DNA of 64,000 bases from Escherichia phage vB_EcoM_G2540. Of the stretch, positions 49,217-60,281 are shown in pieces; the first letter of the stretch is position 1; every line of letters starts with the position of its first letter. Below the pieces are notes generated by a model that saw only the letters and a list, made by a program, of their open reading frames with translations, was not told the origin of the DNA and searched no databases. The DNA lies in the sequence record MK327936.1; one strand, 5' to 3'. Both the position numbers and the translations under genes were made by a program.

Positions 49217-49266
49217 ATTTAGCTCCTTTATTTATCATATTTATAAATAGAATAAAAGGAGCATCT

Positions 49267-50016
49267 ATGGCAAACATTATTCGTTGTAAATTACCAGATG
49301 GTGTTCATCGTTTTAAACCATTTACGGTAGAAGATTATCGAGATTTTTTGTTAGTTCGAAACGATATAGAACATCGGTCACCGCAAGAACAAAAAGAAAT
49401 AATTACTGATTTAATTGATGATTATTTTGGAGACTATCCGAAGACTTGGCAACCATTTATATTTTTGCAGGTATTTGTAGGGTCAATAGGTAAAACAAAA
49501 GTACCGGTCACATTTGTATGTCCAAAATGTAAAAAAGAAAAGACAGTTCCATTTGAAATATATCAAAAAGAATTAAAGGAACCTGTTTTTGATGTAGCTA
49601 ATGTTAAAATTAAATTAAAGTTTCCTTCTGAGTTTTATGAAAATAAAGCAAAGATGATTACTGAAAATATTCATTCTGTTCAAGTAGATGAAATATGGTA
49701 TGATTGGAAGGAAATTAGTGAATCCAGTCAAATAGAACTTGTTGATGCCATCGAGATAGAAACATTAGAAAAAATTCTCGATGCAATGAATCCTATTAAT
49801 TTAACTCTACATATGTCATGCTGTAATAAGTACATTAAAAAATACACTGATATAGTAGACGTGTTTAAGCTATTAGTTAACCCAGATGAGATATTTACTT
49901 TTTATCAAATTAATCACACACTCGTAAAAAGTAATTATAGCTTAAATTCAATAATGAAAATGATTCCTGCTGAGCGCGGATTCGTATTAAAACTGATTGA
50001 GAAGGATAAACAATAA
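49267..50016 (+). CDS. 51: gp51 baseplate hub assembly catalyst
   Basis: 249 aa with CPKCKK zinc-ribbon-like motif. Confidence 0.88.
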   Translation: MANIIRCKLPDGVHRFKPFTVEDYRDFLLVRNDIEHRSPQEQKEIITDLIDDYFGDYPKTWQPFIFLQVFVGSIGKTKVPVTFVCPKCKKEKTVPFEIYQKELKEPVFDVANVKIKLKFPSEFYENKAKMITENIHSVQVDEIWYDWKEISESSQIELVDAIEIETLEKILDAMNPINLTLHMSCCNKYIKKYTDIVDVFKLLVNPDEIFTFYQINHTLVKSNYSLNSIMKMIPAERGFVLKLIEKDKQ

Positions 50017-51191
50017 TGAGTATGTTGCAACGCCCCGGATATCCAAATCTCAGCGTTAAATTATTTGATAGCTACGACGCTTGGAGTAATAATAGATTTG
50101 TTGAATTAGCTGCTACTATTACCACATTAACTATGCGGGATTCTCTTTATGGACGAAATGAAGGAATGCTGCAGTTTTATGATTCTAAAAACATCCATAC
50201 AAAAATGGATGGAAATGAAATAATTCAGATTTCTGTAGCTAATGCAAACGATATTAATAATGTTAAAACACGAATTTATGGATGTAAGCATTTTTCCGTG
50301 TCAGTAGATTCAAAAGGTGATAACATCATTGCTATTGAATTGGGAACTATTCATTCTATAGAAAATCTTAAATTTGGCCGACCATTTTTCCCTGATGCAG
50401 GTGAATCTATAAAAGAAATGCTTGGCGTCATTTATCAAGACCGCACATTATTAACTCCAGCAATAAATGCTATAAATGCTTATGTTCCTGATATTCCATG
50501 GACTAGTACATTTGAAAATTATTTGTCATATGTAAGAGAAGTTGCTCTAGCTGTAGGAAGCGACAAATTTGTATTTGTATGGCAAGACATCATGGGAGTT
50601 AACATGATGGACTATGATATGATGATAAATCAAGAACCATATCCAATGATTGTCGGTGAGCCATCTTTAATAGGTCAATTTGTCCAAGAATTAAAATATC
50701 CATTAGCATATGATTTTGTTTGGTTGACTAAATCGAATCCTCACAAACGTGACCCAATGAAAAATGCTACTATCTATGCGCATTCATTTTTAGATTCTTC
50801 ACTGCCAATGATTACTACAGGAAAGGGCGAAAACTCTATTGTAGTGTCAAGATCAGGTGCTTATTCTGAAATGACTTATAGGAATGGATATGAAGAAGCT
50901 ATTCGTCTTCAAACTATGGCACAATATGACGGCTATGCTAAATGTTCTACTGTCGGTAATTTTAACTTGACTCCTGGCGTTAAAATTATTTTTAATGATA
51001 GTAAAAACCAATTTAAAACAGAATTTTACGTTGATGAAGTTATCCATGAATTATCAAATAATAATTCAGTAACTCATCTATATATGTTCACTAATGCAAC
51101 GAAACTGGAAACAATAGACCCAGTTAAGGTTAAAAATGAATTTAAATCTGATACTACCACTGAAGAAAGTAGTTCTTCCAATAAGCAATAA
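50016..51191 (+). CDS. 27: gp27 baseplate hub protein
   Basis: 391 aa. Confidence 0.92.
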   Translation: MSMLQRPGYPNLSVKLFDSYDAWSNNRFVELAATITTLTMRDSLYGRNEGMLQFYDSKNIHTKMDGNEIIQISVANANDINNVKTRIYGCKHFSVSVDSKGDNIIAIELGTIHSIENLKFGRPFFPDAGESIKEMLGVIYQDRTLLTPAINAINAYVPDIPWTSTFENYLSYVREVALAVGSDKFVFVWQDIMGVNMMDYDMMINQEPYPMIVGEPSLIGQFVQELKYPLAYDFVWLTKSNPHKRDPMKNATIYAHSFLDSSLPMITTGKGENSIVVSRSGAYSEMTYRNGYEEAIRLQTMAQYDGYAKCSTVGNFNLTPGVKIIFNDSKNQFKTEFYVDEVIHELSNNNSVTHLYMFTNATKLETIDPVKVKNEFKSDTTTEESSSSNKQ

Positions 51192-51669
51192 AGAAGTTTC
51201 TATTCCTAAAATGGGTCTTAAACATTATAACATTTTAAAAGATGTTAAAGGTCCTGATGAAAATTTAAAACTTCTTATTGATTCTATTTGTCCGAATTTA
51301 TCACCGGCAGAAGTTGATTTCGTTTCTATTCATTTATTGGAATTTAATAGAAAGATTAAATCTCGTAAAGAAATAGATGGCTATACTTATGACATTAATG
51401 ATGTTTATGTGTGCCAAAGATTAGAATTTCAATACCAAGGAAATACATTTTATTTTAGACCTCCTGGAAAATTTGAACAATTTTTAACGGTGAGCGATAT
51501 GTTGTCTAAATGCTTGCTTAGGGTCAACGATGAAGTTAAAGAAATTAATTTTCTTGAGATGCCAGCATTCGTTTTAAAATGGGCAAATGATATTTTTACA
51601 ACTTTAGCAATTCCTGGCCCTAATGGTCCAATAACTGGAATTGGCAATATTATTGGATTATTTGAATGA
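51136..51669 (+). CDS. 28: gp28 baseplate hub distal subunit
   Basis: 177 aa overlapping the gene 27 end. Confidence 0.88.
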   Translation: MNLNLILPLKKVVLPISNKEVSIPKMGLKHYNILKDVKGPDENLKLLIDSICPNLSPAEVDFVSIHLLEFNRKIKSRKEIDGYTYDINDVYVCQRLEFQYQGNTFYFRPPGKFEQFLTVSDMLSKCLLRVNDEVKEINFLEMPAFVLKWANDIFTTLAIPGPNGPITGIGNIIGLFE

Positions 51670-53438
51670 AAAAGCCACAAGAAATGCAAACGATGCGTAG
51701 AAAAGTTATTTCAGATAATAAACCAACACAAGAAGCGGCTAAATCCGCTTCTAACACTTTATCTGGACTTAATGATATATCTACGAAATTGGATGATGCT
51801 CAAGCTGCTTCTGAATTAATAGCTCAAACTGTCGAAGAAAAATCGAATGAAATAGTTGGAGCAATTGGTAACGTAGAAAGCGCAGTGAGTGATACTACTG
51901 CCGGTTCTGAGTTAATTGCTGAAACTGTCGAAATTGGCAACAATATTAATAAAGAAATCGGTGAATCACTCGGAAGCAAATTAGATAAATTAACAAGTTT
52001 ACTAGAGCAAAAAATCCAGACAGCTGGAATTCAACAGACTGGAACTAGTTTAGCCACTGTTGAAAGCGCTATTCCTGTTAAAGTCGTTGAGGATGATACT
52101 GCCGAATCTGTGGGTCCTTTATTACCAGCTCCCGAAGCAGTTAATAATGATCCTGACGCTGATTTTTTCCCTACCCCTCAGCCAGTTGAACCCAAACAAG
52201 AATCGCCAGAAGAAAAACAGAAAAAAGAAGCATTTAACTTAAAATTATCTCAAGCTTTAGATAAATTAACGAAGACTGTTGATTTCGGATTTAAAAAATC
52301 CATTTCAATTACTGATAAAATATCAAGCATGTTATTTAAGTACACCATCAGTGCTGCTATTGAAGCTGCTAAAATGACTGCAATGATATTGGCTGTTGTT
52401 GTTGGAATAGACCTGTTGATGGTTCATTTTAAATACTGGTCAGATAAATTTTCAAAAGCCTGGGATTTATTTAATACTGACTTTACTAAATTCTCTAGCG
52501 AAACCGGAACATGGGGTCCTTTATTACAGAGCATCTTTGATTCTATTGATAAAATTAAACAACTTTGGGAAGCGGGAGATTGGGGTGGATTGACAGCAGC
52601 TATTGTTGAAGGACTCGGAAGTGTTCTTTTTAATTTAGGTGAACTTATTCAATTAGGTATGGCTAAATTATCTGCAGCAATTCTTCGAGTCATTCCTGGT
52701 ATGAAGGATACTGCTGATGAAGTAGAAGGAAGAGCATTAGAAAATTTCCAAAATTCTACTGGAGCATCTCTCAATAAAGAAGACCAGGAAAAAGTTGCAA
52801 ATTATCAAGATAAACGAATGAACGGAGACCTTGGTCCGATAGCAAAAGGATTAGATAAAATTGCTAATTGGAAAACTCGTGCATCTAATTGGATTCGTGG
52901 GGTTGATAATAAAGAAGCACTAACGACTGATGAAGAGAGAGCAGAGGAAGAAGAAAAATTAAAGCAACTTTCACCTGAAGAAAGAAAAAATGCTTTAATG
53001 AAGGCTAATGAAGCCCGTGCCGCAATGATTCGCTTTGAAAAATATGCTGATTCAGCTGATATGAGTAAAGACTCAACAGTTAAATCAGTTGAATCTGCCT
53101 ATGAAGACCTTAAAAAACGGATGGATGACCCGGATTTAAATAATTCACCGGCAGTTAAAAAAGAACTTGCTGCTAGATTTTCTAAAATTGATGCTACTTA
53201 TCAAGAGCTCAAGAAAAATCAGCCTAATGCCAAACCTGAAACTTCTGCTAAATCGCCAGAAGCAAAACAAGTCCAGGTAATAGAAAAGAACAAAGCACAG
53301 CAAGCTCCTGTTCAACAAGCATCTCCTTCAATCAACAATACTAATAATGTTATTAAGAAAAATACTGTCGTTCATAATATGACACCTGTCACAAGCACAA
53401 CTGCTCCTGGTGTATTTGATGCGACTGGAGTTAATTAA
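51666..53438 (+). CDS. 29: gp29 baseplate hub / tail length determinator (tape measure)
   Basis: 590 aa. Confidence 0.92.
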   Translation: MKKPQEMQTMRRKVISDNKPTQEAAKSASNTLSGLNDISTKLDDAQAASELIAQTVEEKSNEIVGAIGNVESAVSDTTAGSELIAETVEIGNNINKEIGESLGSKLDKLTSLLEQKIQTAGIQQTGTSLATVESAIPVKVVEDDTAESVGPLLPAPEAVNNDPDADFFPTPQPVEPKQESPEEKQKKEAFNLKLSQALDKLTKTVDFGFKKSISITDKISSMLFKYTISAAIEAAKMTAMILAVVVGIDLLMVHFKYWSDKFSKAWDLFNTDFTKFSSETGTWGPLLQSIFDSIDKIKQLWEAGDWGGLTAAIVEGLGSVLFNLGELIQLGMAKLSAAILRVIPGMKDTADEVEGRALENFQNSTGASLNKEDQEKVANYQDKRMNGDLGPIAKGLDKIANWKTRASNWIRGVDNKEALTTDEERAEEEEKLKQLSPEERKNALMKANEARAAMIRFEKYADSADMSKDSTVKSVESAYEDLKKRMDDPDLNNSPAVKKELAARFSKIDATYQELKKNQPNAKPETSAKSPEAKQVQVIEKNKAQQAPVQQASPSINNTNNVIKKNTVVHNMTPVTSTTAPGVFDATGVN

Positions 53439-53446
53439 GGAATAAT

Positions 53447-54541
53447 ATGGCAATTGTTAAAGAAATAACTGCTGATTTAATTAAAAAGTCCGGTGAGAAA
53501 ATTTCAGCCGGACAGAGTACTAAATCAGAAGTAGGAACTAAAACATACACAGCCCAGTTTCCAACTGGGCGTGCTAGTGGTAATGACACTACAGGGGACT
53601 TCCAGGTAACAGATCTGTATAAGAATGGATTATTATTTACTGCATACAATATGTCATCTAGGGATTCTGGAAGTCTTAGATCGATGAGATCTAACTACTC
53701 TTCTTCATCTTCGAGTATTTTACGTACAGCCAGAAACACTATTAGTAGTACAGTATCAAAACTATCAAATGGATTAATATCAAATAATAATTCAGGAACA
53801 ATAAGTAAAGCTCCTATCGCAAACATTCTTTTACCGAGATCTAAATCTGATGTTGATACATCATCACATAGATTTAATGATGTTCAAGAAAGCCTTATCA
53901 GTAGAGGCGGAGGTACTGCTACTGGAGTGCTAAGTAATATTGCTTCAACCGCAGTATTTGGGGCACTGGAAAGTATAACACAAGGTATAATGGCTGATAA
54001 TAATGAACAGATTTATACGACAGCCAGAAGTATGTATGGTGGTGCTGAAAATAGAACTAAAGTGTTTACATGGGATTTGACTCCACGTTCAACAGAAGAT
54101 TTAATGGCTATTATTAATATCTATCAATATTTTAACTATTTTTCTTACGGTGAAACGGGTAAATCTCAATATGCTGCTGAAATAAAGGGGTATTTAGATG
54201 ATTGGTATCGTTCTACGTTAATTGAACCTTTATCTCCGGAAGATGCAGCTAAAAATAAAACACTATTTGAGAAAATGACATCGAGTTTAACTAACGTTCT
54301 AGTAGTTTCAAACCCGACAATTTGGATGGTGAAAAACTTTGGTGCAACATCTAAGTTTGATGGAAAAACGGAAATATTTGGTCCATGTCAAATCCAGAGT
54401 ATCAGATTTGATAAAACACCTAATGGTAACTTTAACGGATTAGCTATTGCTCCAAACCTCCCTAGTACATTTACTCTCGAGATTACTATGAGAGAAATTA
54501 TCACGTTAAACCGTGCTTCTTTATATGCGGGGGCTTTTTAA
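53447..54541 (+). CDS. 48: gp48 baseplate tail tube cap
   Basis: 364 aa. Confidence 0.92.
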   Translation: MAIVKEITADLIKKSGEKISAGQSTKSEVGTKTYTAQFPTGRASGNDTTGDFQVTDLYKNGLLFTAYNMSSRDSGSLRSMRSNYSSSSSSILRTARNTISSTVSKLSNGLISNNNSGTISKAPIANILLPRSKSDVDTSSHRFNDVQESLISRGGGTATGVLSNIASTAVFGALESITQGIMADNNEQIYTTARSMYGGAENRTKVFTWDLTPRSTEDLMAIINIYQYFNYFSYGETGKSQYAAEIKGYLDDWYRSTLIEPLSPEDAAKNKTLFEKMTSSLTNVLVVSNPTIWMVKNFGATSKFDGKTEIFGPCQIQSIRFDKTPNGNFNGLAIAPNLPSTFTLEITMREIITLNRASLYAGAF

Positions 54542-55506
54542 TGTATTCTTTAGAGGAATTTAATAATCAAGCAATAAACGCAGATTTCCAACGTAATAAT
54601 ATGTTTAGCTGCGTTTTTGCAACAACTCCATCAACTAAAAGCTCTTCGTTGATAAGTTCAATTAGCAACTTTTCTTATAATAACTTGGGCCTAAATTCAG
54701 ATTGGCTAGGATTAACTCAAGGTGATATTAATCAGGGAATTACCACGCTAATTACAGCTGGCACACAAAAACTGATAAGAAAATCAGGGGTTAGTAAATA
54801 TCTTATTGGTGCCATGAGTCAACGTACAGTTCAAAGTTTATTAGGCTCATTTACAGTTGGTACATATTTAATTGACTTCTTTAACATGGCATATAACTCA
54901 TCTGGATTGATGATATACTCTGTAAAAATGCCAGAGAATAGATTATCCTATGAAACTGACTGGAACTACAACTCTCCTAATATTCGTATAACTGGGAGAG
55001 AATTAGACCCTTTGGTTATTTCATTTAGAATGGATTCAGAAGCTTGTAACTATCGTGCAATGCAAGACTGGGTTAACGCTGTTCAAGACCCAGTAACTGG
55101 ACTGCGTGCTTTGCCACAAGATGTCGAGGCAGATATTCAGGTTAATCTTCATTCTCGCAATGGATTACCTCATACTGCGGTAATGTTCACCGGATGCATT
55201 CCAATGTCAGTGAGCGCTCCTGAATTATCATATGATGGAGATAACCAAATAACTACATTTGATGTTACTTTTGCGTATAGAGTCATGCAGGCTGGAGCAG
55301 TTGATAGGCAAGCTGCGCTTGAATGGCTTGAATCTGCTGCTATAAATGGTATTCAAAGCGTTCTCGGAAATAGTGGAGGTGTTACTGGACTATCTAATTC
55401 GCTTTCACGACTCAGTAGATTAGGTGGAACTGCAGGAAGCATTTCAAACATTAATACTATGACAGGAATTGTCAATTCGCAAAGTAAAATATTAGGAGCA
55501 ATATAA
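54541..55506 (+). CDS. 54: gp54 baseplate tail tube initiator
   Basis: 321 aa. Confidence 0.92.
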   Translation: MYSLEEFNNQAINADFQRNNMFSCVFATTPSTKSSSLISSISNFSYNNLGLNSDWLGLTQGDINQGITTLITAGTQKLIRKSGVSKYLIGAMSQRTVQSLLGSFTVGTYLIDFFNMAYNSSGLMIYSVKMPENRLSYETDWNYNSPNIRITGRELDPLVISFRMDSEACNYRAMQDWVNAVQDPVTGLRALPQDVEADIQVNLHSRNGLPHTAVMFTGCIPMSVSAPELSYDGDNQITTFDVTFAYRVMQAGAVDRQAALEWLESAAINGIQSVLGNSGGVTGLSNSLSRLSRLGGTAGSISNINTMTGIVNSQSKILGAI

Positions 55507-55510
55507 CAAT

Positions 55511-55534
55511 GGGGACCTTTCGGTCCCCATATTT
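55511..55534. terminator. Bidirectional terminator between gene 54 (+) and the alt region (-)
   Basis: GGGGACCTTTCGGTCCCC palindrome followed by ATATTTTTATTT. Confidence 0.75.
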
Positions 55535-55825
55535 TTATTTACGGAATGAAATGAAAGCAGCAACTGAAGCAACTAAACTGTCTTCAATATAAACTTCAAT
55601 TTTTACCGGAGCTTCTGACTCAAATTTACCTGTTACTACACCCTGAAAAATACTTTCAGTCTGTTCTGGCTTTGAAAAATTTTCAGAAGGAAAAATTCCG
55701 AACTTTTTATCTGTTCCAAAAATTTTAATAAATTCATCGTAAACTGCTTCATTAAAAGCGTTATCAGCAGGAATAACGCCTTCAACTACAAGTTCTTGAC
55801 CTAAAAAGCGCAAAGAAGATTTCAT
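55535..55825 (-). CDS. Hypothetical protein (alt.-3-like)
   Basis: 96 aa ORF. Confidence 0.55.
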   Translation of the reverse strand: MKSSLRFLGQELVVEGVIPADNAFNEAVYDEFIKIFGTDKKFGIFPSENFSKPEQTESIFQGVVTGKFESEAPVKIEVYIEDSLVASVAAFISFRK

Positions 55826-55885
55826 TTTGTGTTCCTCATGTTATGTCAGTAAGACTACTATAACACAACATAAGGAACTTGTAAA

Positions 55886-57943
55886 CTACATTTTGAACTT
55901 TTTAGACATTCCGTTGATGTTAACCAAAGAAGCTAATATTTGAGAAACTTCGTTTTCCTCTTCTTTTGATTCTTCTACAAGGAATTGATTAAATCCAGCC
56001 ATTGGACGAACTTCACCAGTTTCCATTAAATGGTCGCCATCATATACTGATTCTTCTAATTGTTCAGAAGGAGGAACGATTGTACCTTCGATTAGATACT
56101 TGTTATAAGCAGTTTCTTTCATAAAGTACGTACTTACTTTATTAATCTTTAGTAAAATTCCGCGCGGTAGAATAACTTCAGCTTCTGATGGAAATCCTGA
56201 TAAATGACCTGGAACGATAACTTTGATTCGCTCAGCTCCTTTAATTACCATACCCACGCTAGTTTCAGCATCTTCATTAGCATATGTAGAATGACTACCC
56301 ATATGCATCAAATCTTCTGCATCAACGGAATCTTCTCCTTCACCAGAAAATACTGCGCCGGAATCATCTAGAGCCATATAGTTTTTACCATGCTCACCGA
56401 AGATATTTGGTTTAAGCGATGTGGATACGAAGTTCTTGAAATAAAACATTTTATTTTCAATGTTATGACGCAAAGTTTTAAAGGTAACTTCTTGTCCACG
56501 GTAAAGCGTAGTTCCTGGAGGAAGAACTGAACCTTTAGCGAATGCAGAATCCAACGTCTCGATGTGCTTAATAGCACGTTCCATATATTCTTCACGGGTA
56601 GAATCTGGTTTACCCAAAAGGAACGAGTTCATTTCAACATATGAATCAGCACAATAATCTTCAATTACGTCAGATTCAGCCTGAGTTAATCCTTTTGGAG
56701 TTACTTCGGTGCTTGCGTATTCATACGCCTGGGCGGCAGATTCATTAATCAATTTATAAATGCCATTCATGACGAATTGAATAATAGCTGTCTTTTCATC
56801 TGGCGTGGCTTTAGAACCTTTAACTAAATCATTAATAATTTTCTTAATAACATCAAAGCTATTAGAAATATTAATGTCAGCAAGATCGCTTAAAATTTTA
56901 TCAGTTTTATAATCAAAGAATTCTTTATTCTTTAAATATTCTTGAGAACCTTGATATGTTATATCGCTCTGCAGCTTGATAGATGGATCACGTAAACGCG
57001 CATGGGCCAATGCGATATGATTTCGGAAGTTTTCTAGTTCATAATCGCTAGATTTAAAACGAGAAGCACTCCTCATACCACCAATAGCTCCTTTGCTGAA
57101 GTTTGAACCAATCTGAATAACGCCAGAGTTCATTGGTCCTTCTGCTTTATACACCGGAACTTTAAATTCAAACTCTTGATATTTCTTAGCAGCGAAGCTA
57201 TCACCCTGAAGTGAAGCATCGACAGTAGAATATTGAGCTTGTGCTGCTAATCGACGACTGATTTTAGTTTTCTGAATAACAGCTTGGTCCGTGCGTTTAT
57301 CATTTTCTAAAGCAATAGAAGCAGCAACAGCGACAGCTTTAGGAACAGCATTTCCTGTTTTAACGTCTACATAAACATCACCGACCTTTGATTCAACTTT
57401 TGTGAATAACTCAGTTGAAATAGGAGGTACACCTGGAATGTCTTCTAAATTGGCATTTTTACGGTAAACCATAATATATGCGTACTTTTTATCGTAATCC
57501 CAGATTTCCTTTAAAAGAACATATCGACCTGCTCCTTTAGTACGTACTAAACGGTCAGCAATAACTTGCATTTGACGAGCAGCGCCATTTGTTTTACTCT
57601 TTAGTACGCGAAATAAGCATGCATCAATTTTATACTGTTTCATTGTTTGAAGAGCAGTATCAAAAACAGCATTAATGACGCCAATTGGATTTCCACCCAA
57701 GTTTTTAAGCTTAACTAACGATAATTTCTCGTTGACACCTATCATTACGATATGCATCATTTTATCGCCTGGCTTAACGTTTTTATTCGTATCACCGCCA
57801 GAGGTGTATGTACAAAATCTAAATCCAGGAAGCACGCTTTCTTCACCGGCTTGAATAGCAAAAATTTGTGGTATTTTATGCTTAGGATTTAAGTTAACAA
57901 CCGGCGCCGAAGCGCCGTCAAATAATTCTGTAATAAGTTCCAT
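55886..57943 (-). CDS. Alt-like ADP-ribosyltransferase paralog (second copy, downstream of alt)
   Basis: 685 aa; N-terminal 230 aa closely similar to the adjacent Alt ORF (MELITELFD...CTYTSGGDTN...); C-terminal ART-type R-S-E signature (LYRGQ, FVSTSL, EAEVILPRG). Confidence 0.85.
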   Translation of the reverse strand: MELITELFDGASAPVVNLNPKHKIPQIFAIQAGEESVLPGFRFCTYTSGGDTNKNVKPGDKMMHIVMIGVNEKLSLVKLKNLGGNPIGVINAVFDTALQTMKQYKIDACLFRVLKSKTNGAARQMQVIADRLVRTKGAGRYVLLKEIWDYDKKYAYIMVYRKNANLEDIPGVPPISTELFTKVESKVGDVYVDVKTGNAVPKAVAVAASIALENDKRTDQAVIQKTKISRRLAAQAQYSTVDASLQGDSFAAKKYQEFEFKVPVYKAEGPMNSGVIQIGSNFSKGAIGGMRSASRFKSSDYELENFRNHIALAHARLRDPSIKLQSDITYQGSQEYLKNKEFFDYKTDKILSDLADINISNSFDVIKKIINDLVKGSKATPDEKTAIIQFVMNGIYKLINESAAQAYEYASTEVTPKGLTQAESDVIEDYCADSYVEMNSFLLGKPDSTREEYMERAIKHIETLDSAFAKGSVLPPGTTLYRGQEVTFKTLRHNIENKMFYFKNFVSTSLKPNIFGEHGKNYMALDDSGAVFSGEGEDSVDAEDLMHMGSHSTYANEDAETSVGMVIKGAERIKVIVPGHLSGFPSEAEVILPRGILLKINKVSTYFMKETAYNKYLIEGTIVPPSEQLEESVYDGDHLMETGEVRPMAGFNQFLVEESKEEENEVSQILASLVNINGMSKKFKM

Positions 57944-57946
57944 GAT

Positions 57947-60043
57947 TTATCCTTGAACGAACTTGTAAGGCATGTTTGTAATATCTATGCAAGACGCAAT
58001 AATTCCAAGAGATGATTCTACTTTCTGTTTAACGTTTGATGAAACAAATGATGCAAAGTCAACTCTGTCTTCTATTTCAATATCACCTGTCATTGCAACC
58101 AATTCACCAGTTTCCATTAAATGGTCTCCATCATAGATTACCGATTCGGTGAGCTCTTCCGTGGTCATAACTTCAGCTTGAATGAGTTTTGTATTATTAG
58201 ATGTTGTTCCGTCATTATTAGAAGCATCAGTTATTTTATTAACTTTGACCATCAATCCACGCGGTAGAATAACTTCAGCTTCTGTTGCTATTCCGAGACT
58301 TCCTGGATATACAACATTAACTTTATGAGCTCCATCAATTGCCCATCCTATTTGAACTTTAACGTATTCAGGATTTTCTTTATACGCTCTTATTTCGTTT
58401 GGATTAATAGTTATTCCTTCTTCATTTTTATCAACTGTTAATTCATTGCGAGCTTCTGGTTCTAAAAGACCAATACCAGCATGTGTAATTCCAAAACGTC
58501 CAAAAATGATAGGAGTTAAAGAAGTAGATACAAAATTTCTGAAGTAGAACACTTTATTTTTAACTAACGCTTCATATATAGGAGCAGTCATACTTTGAGC
58601 ACGATAAACTGTAATGCCTTCTGGTATACGGTCACCATTTTCAAAAGCTGAATCTAAGTTATTTATAGCAGATTCAATTTCTTTTTCACTCATTACATCA
58701 TATCGTTCTGGATTGTAACGACCTAAAAGAAGATTATTGATGTCAGTATATCCTGAACCGCAATATTCTCTAATGCCACGCTTTTGTGATGGAGTATATT
58801 TAGAACCATCGCGGGCAATAGTAATATCAATCATTGGACCAGCACCAATTCCAGAAAAACTGTAAATCATTCGTTTGAGGAATTTAGTTTTTGCTGCGTT
58901 CCAGGAATTTTTAGTTATTTCTTCCCAGACTTCATCTGGTTGTCCTTTACGATTTTTATTATGATTAGCAAGCCATTTATCTTTATAATCTTCAAAGAAT
59001 TGATTTACAGCTGCTGCGTATTTCTCTAAACATTTTATTGAAGTAGTTGGTTCATTTTTAATTGCATTAAAAATTACTTCTTTAATTTTTTCTGAAACTT
59101 CACCGACTTGACTCATTGGAAAGAATTTATAATCATAGTGAAGTTCATCTGCCGTTCCTTCAGCAATAATTTTTGCTGCCTTTGTTTTAGAAGCTAATGA
59201 ATTAATTCCAATTTTCATTTCTTCTGCTTCGGGAATTAAAGGTGCAGTAGCTGGTTTATTAAAATTAGCTGCTGTAGATTCATACTTCTGGAATAATTCA
59301 CTTTCAAATCTAGAAGATTCCAATGACTGACTTTGTGCAATTGCTCTACGGGAAATTTTAACTTTAACGATTACGGCTTGGTCAGAACGTTTATCATTTT
59401 CTTGTGCAATTGATGCTGCAATTGCCTCATTTTTAGTTACTTGGGCTCCAGTATCTTTATTGATATAAACATCACCAACCTTCGATTCAACCTTAGTAAA
59501 GAGTTCAGTACTAATTTCTGGAACTCCTGGAATGTCTTCTAGTGATACGTTTTTACGATGTATAAGAATATATGCATACTTTTTATCGTAATCCCAGAGT
59601 TCCTTAAGAAGGACGTATCTGCCACCTGAACGACTACGGATAAGTCTATCAGCAATAAGTTGAATTTGTCGAGCTTGACCGGCGGTTTTAGACTTAAGAA
59701 TGCGTAGCATACATGCATCAATTTTATACTGTTTCATTGTTTGCATTGCTACGGTAAATACTGAATTGATGTAATTAATAGGACTCGGTCCAAGACCCTT
59801 TAATTTAGCAATTGACCCCTTTGCAGTTAATGTAAAAGGAACGATATGCATCATTTTATCGCCCATTTTTAAATCGCGATTAGTATCACCTCCAGATGTA
59901 TAGGTACATAAACGAAAGCCTGGTTGTTCAATTGCATCATCAACATGAACTGAAAAAATTTGTGGTATTTTCTTCTTTGGATTTAAGTTTGTAATCGGAA
60001 GAGTAGTATCTTCGTCAAATAATTCTGTAATGAGTTCCATCAT
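57947..60043 (-). CDS. alt: Alt, capsid-packaged ADP-ribosyltransferase
   Basis: 698 aa; begins MELITELFDEDTTLPITNL; ART R-S-E signature (VYRAQ, FVSTSL, EAEVILPRG). Confidence 0.9.
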   Translation of the reverse strand: MMELITELFDEDTTLPITNLNPKKKIPQIFSVHVDDAIEQPGFRLCTYTSGGDTNRDLKMGDKMMHIVPFTLTAKGSIAKLKGLGPSPINYINSVFTVAMQTMKQYKIDACMLRILKSKTAGQARQIQLIADRLIRSRSGGRYVLLKELWDYDKKYAYILIHRKNVSLEDIPGVPEISTELFTKVESKVGDVYINKDTGAQVTKNEAIAASIAQENDKRSDQAVIVKVKISRRAIAQSQSLESSRFESELFQKYESTAANFNKPATAPLIPEAEEMKIGINSLASKTKAAKIIAEGTADELHYDYKFFPMSQVGEVSEKIKEVIFNAIKNEPTTSIKCLEKYAAAVNQFFEDYKDKWLANHNKNRKGQPDEVWEEITKNSWNAAKTKFLKRMIYSFSGIGAGPMIDITIARDGSKYTPSQKRGIREYCGSGYTDINNLLLGRYNPERYDVMSEKEIESAINNLDSAFENGDRIPEGITVYRAQSMTAPIYEALVKNKVFYFRNFVSTSLTPIIFGRFGITHAGIGLLEPEARNELTVDKNEEGITINPNEIRAYKENPEYVKVQIGWAIDGAHKVNVVYPGSLGIATEAEVILPRGLMVKVNKITDASNNDGTTSNNTKLIQAEVMTTEELTESVIYDGDHLMETGELVAMTGDIEIEDRVDFASFVSSNVKQKVESSLGIIASCIDITNMPYKFVQG

Positions 60044-60063
60044 ATCCTCTCTAGTGTTTATTC

Positions 60064-60095
60064 TATTTATAAAATTAAAGGCCCGAAGGCCTTTA
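60064..60095 (-). promoter_or_regulatory. Terminator hairpin (GGCCCGAAGGCC) followed by late promoter TATAAATA (plus 60064-60071 rc) upstream of alt
   Basis: Palindrome aaaggcccgaaggccttt overlapping stop of upstream ORF; TATAAATA on minus strand about 20 nt upstream of the alt ATG. Confidence 0.55.
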
Positions 60096-60281
60096 ATAAT
60101 CTATTGGTAAGAGAGTACGATATATTTCAAACTTTGGACCTTTTTCATAGGCATCAAATGTTTCTGTGAATTTATTATAAGCATATGCATCTATAAATTC
60201 AATCATGATTTGTGATACAGAAGTAGAAACATCTCCACCTTCTTTTTGAGCCACGACAATTGTTTCTAAGTAAGCTTTCAT
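60093..60281 (-). CDS. Hypothetical small protein
   Basis: 62 aa ORF, ATGA overlap with gene 30 stop. Confidence 0.5.
   Translation of the reverse strand: MKAYLETIVVAQKEGGDVSTSVSQIMIEFIDAYAYNKFTETFDAYEKGPKFEIYRTLLPIDY

Noticed and set aside
55886-60043. Tandem alt paralogs as a possible assembly duplication
   Set aside because: The two copies are substantially diverged at the protein level, especially in the C-terminal half, so this is an evolutionary paralog pair rather than a collapsed or expanded repeat artefact.
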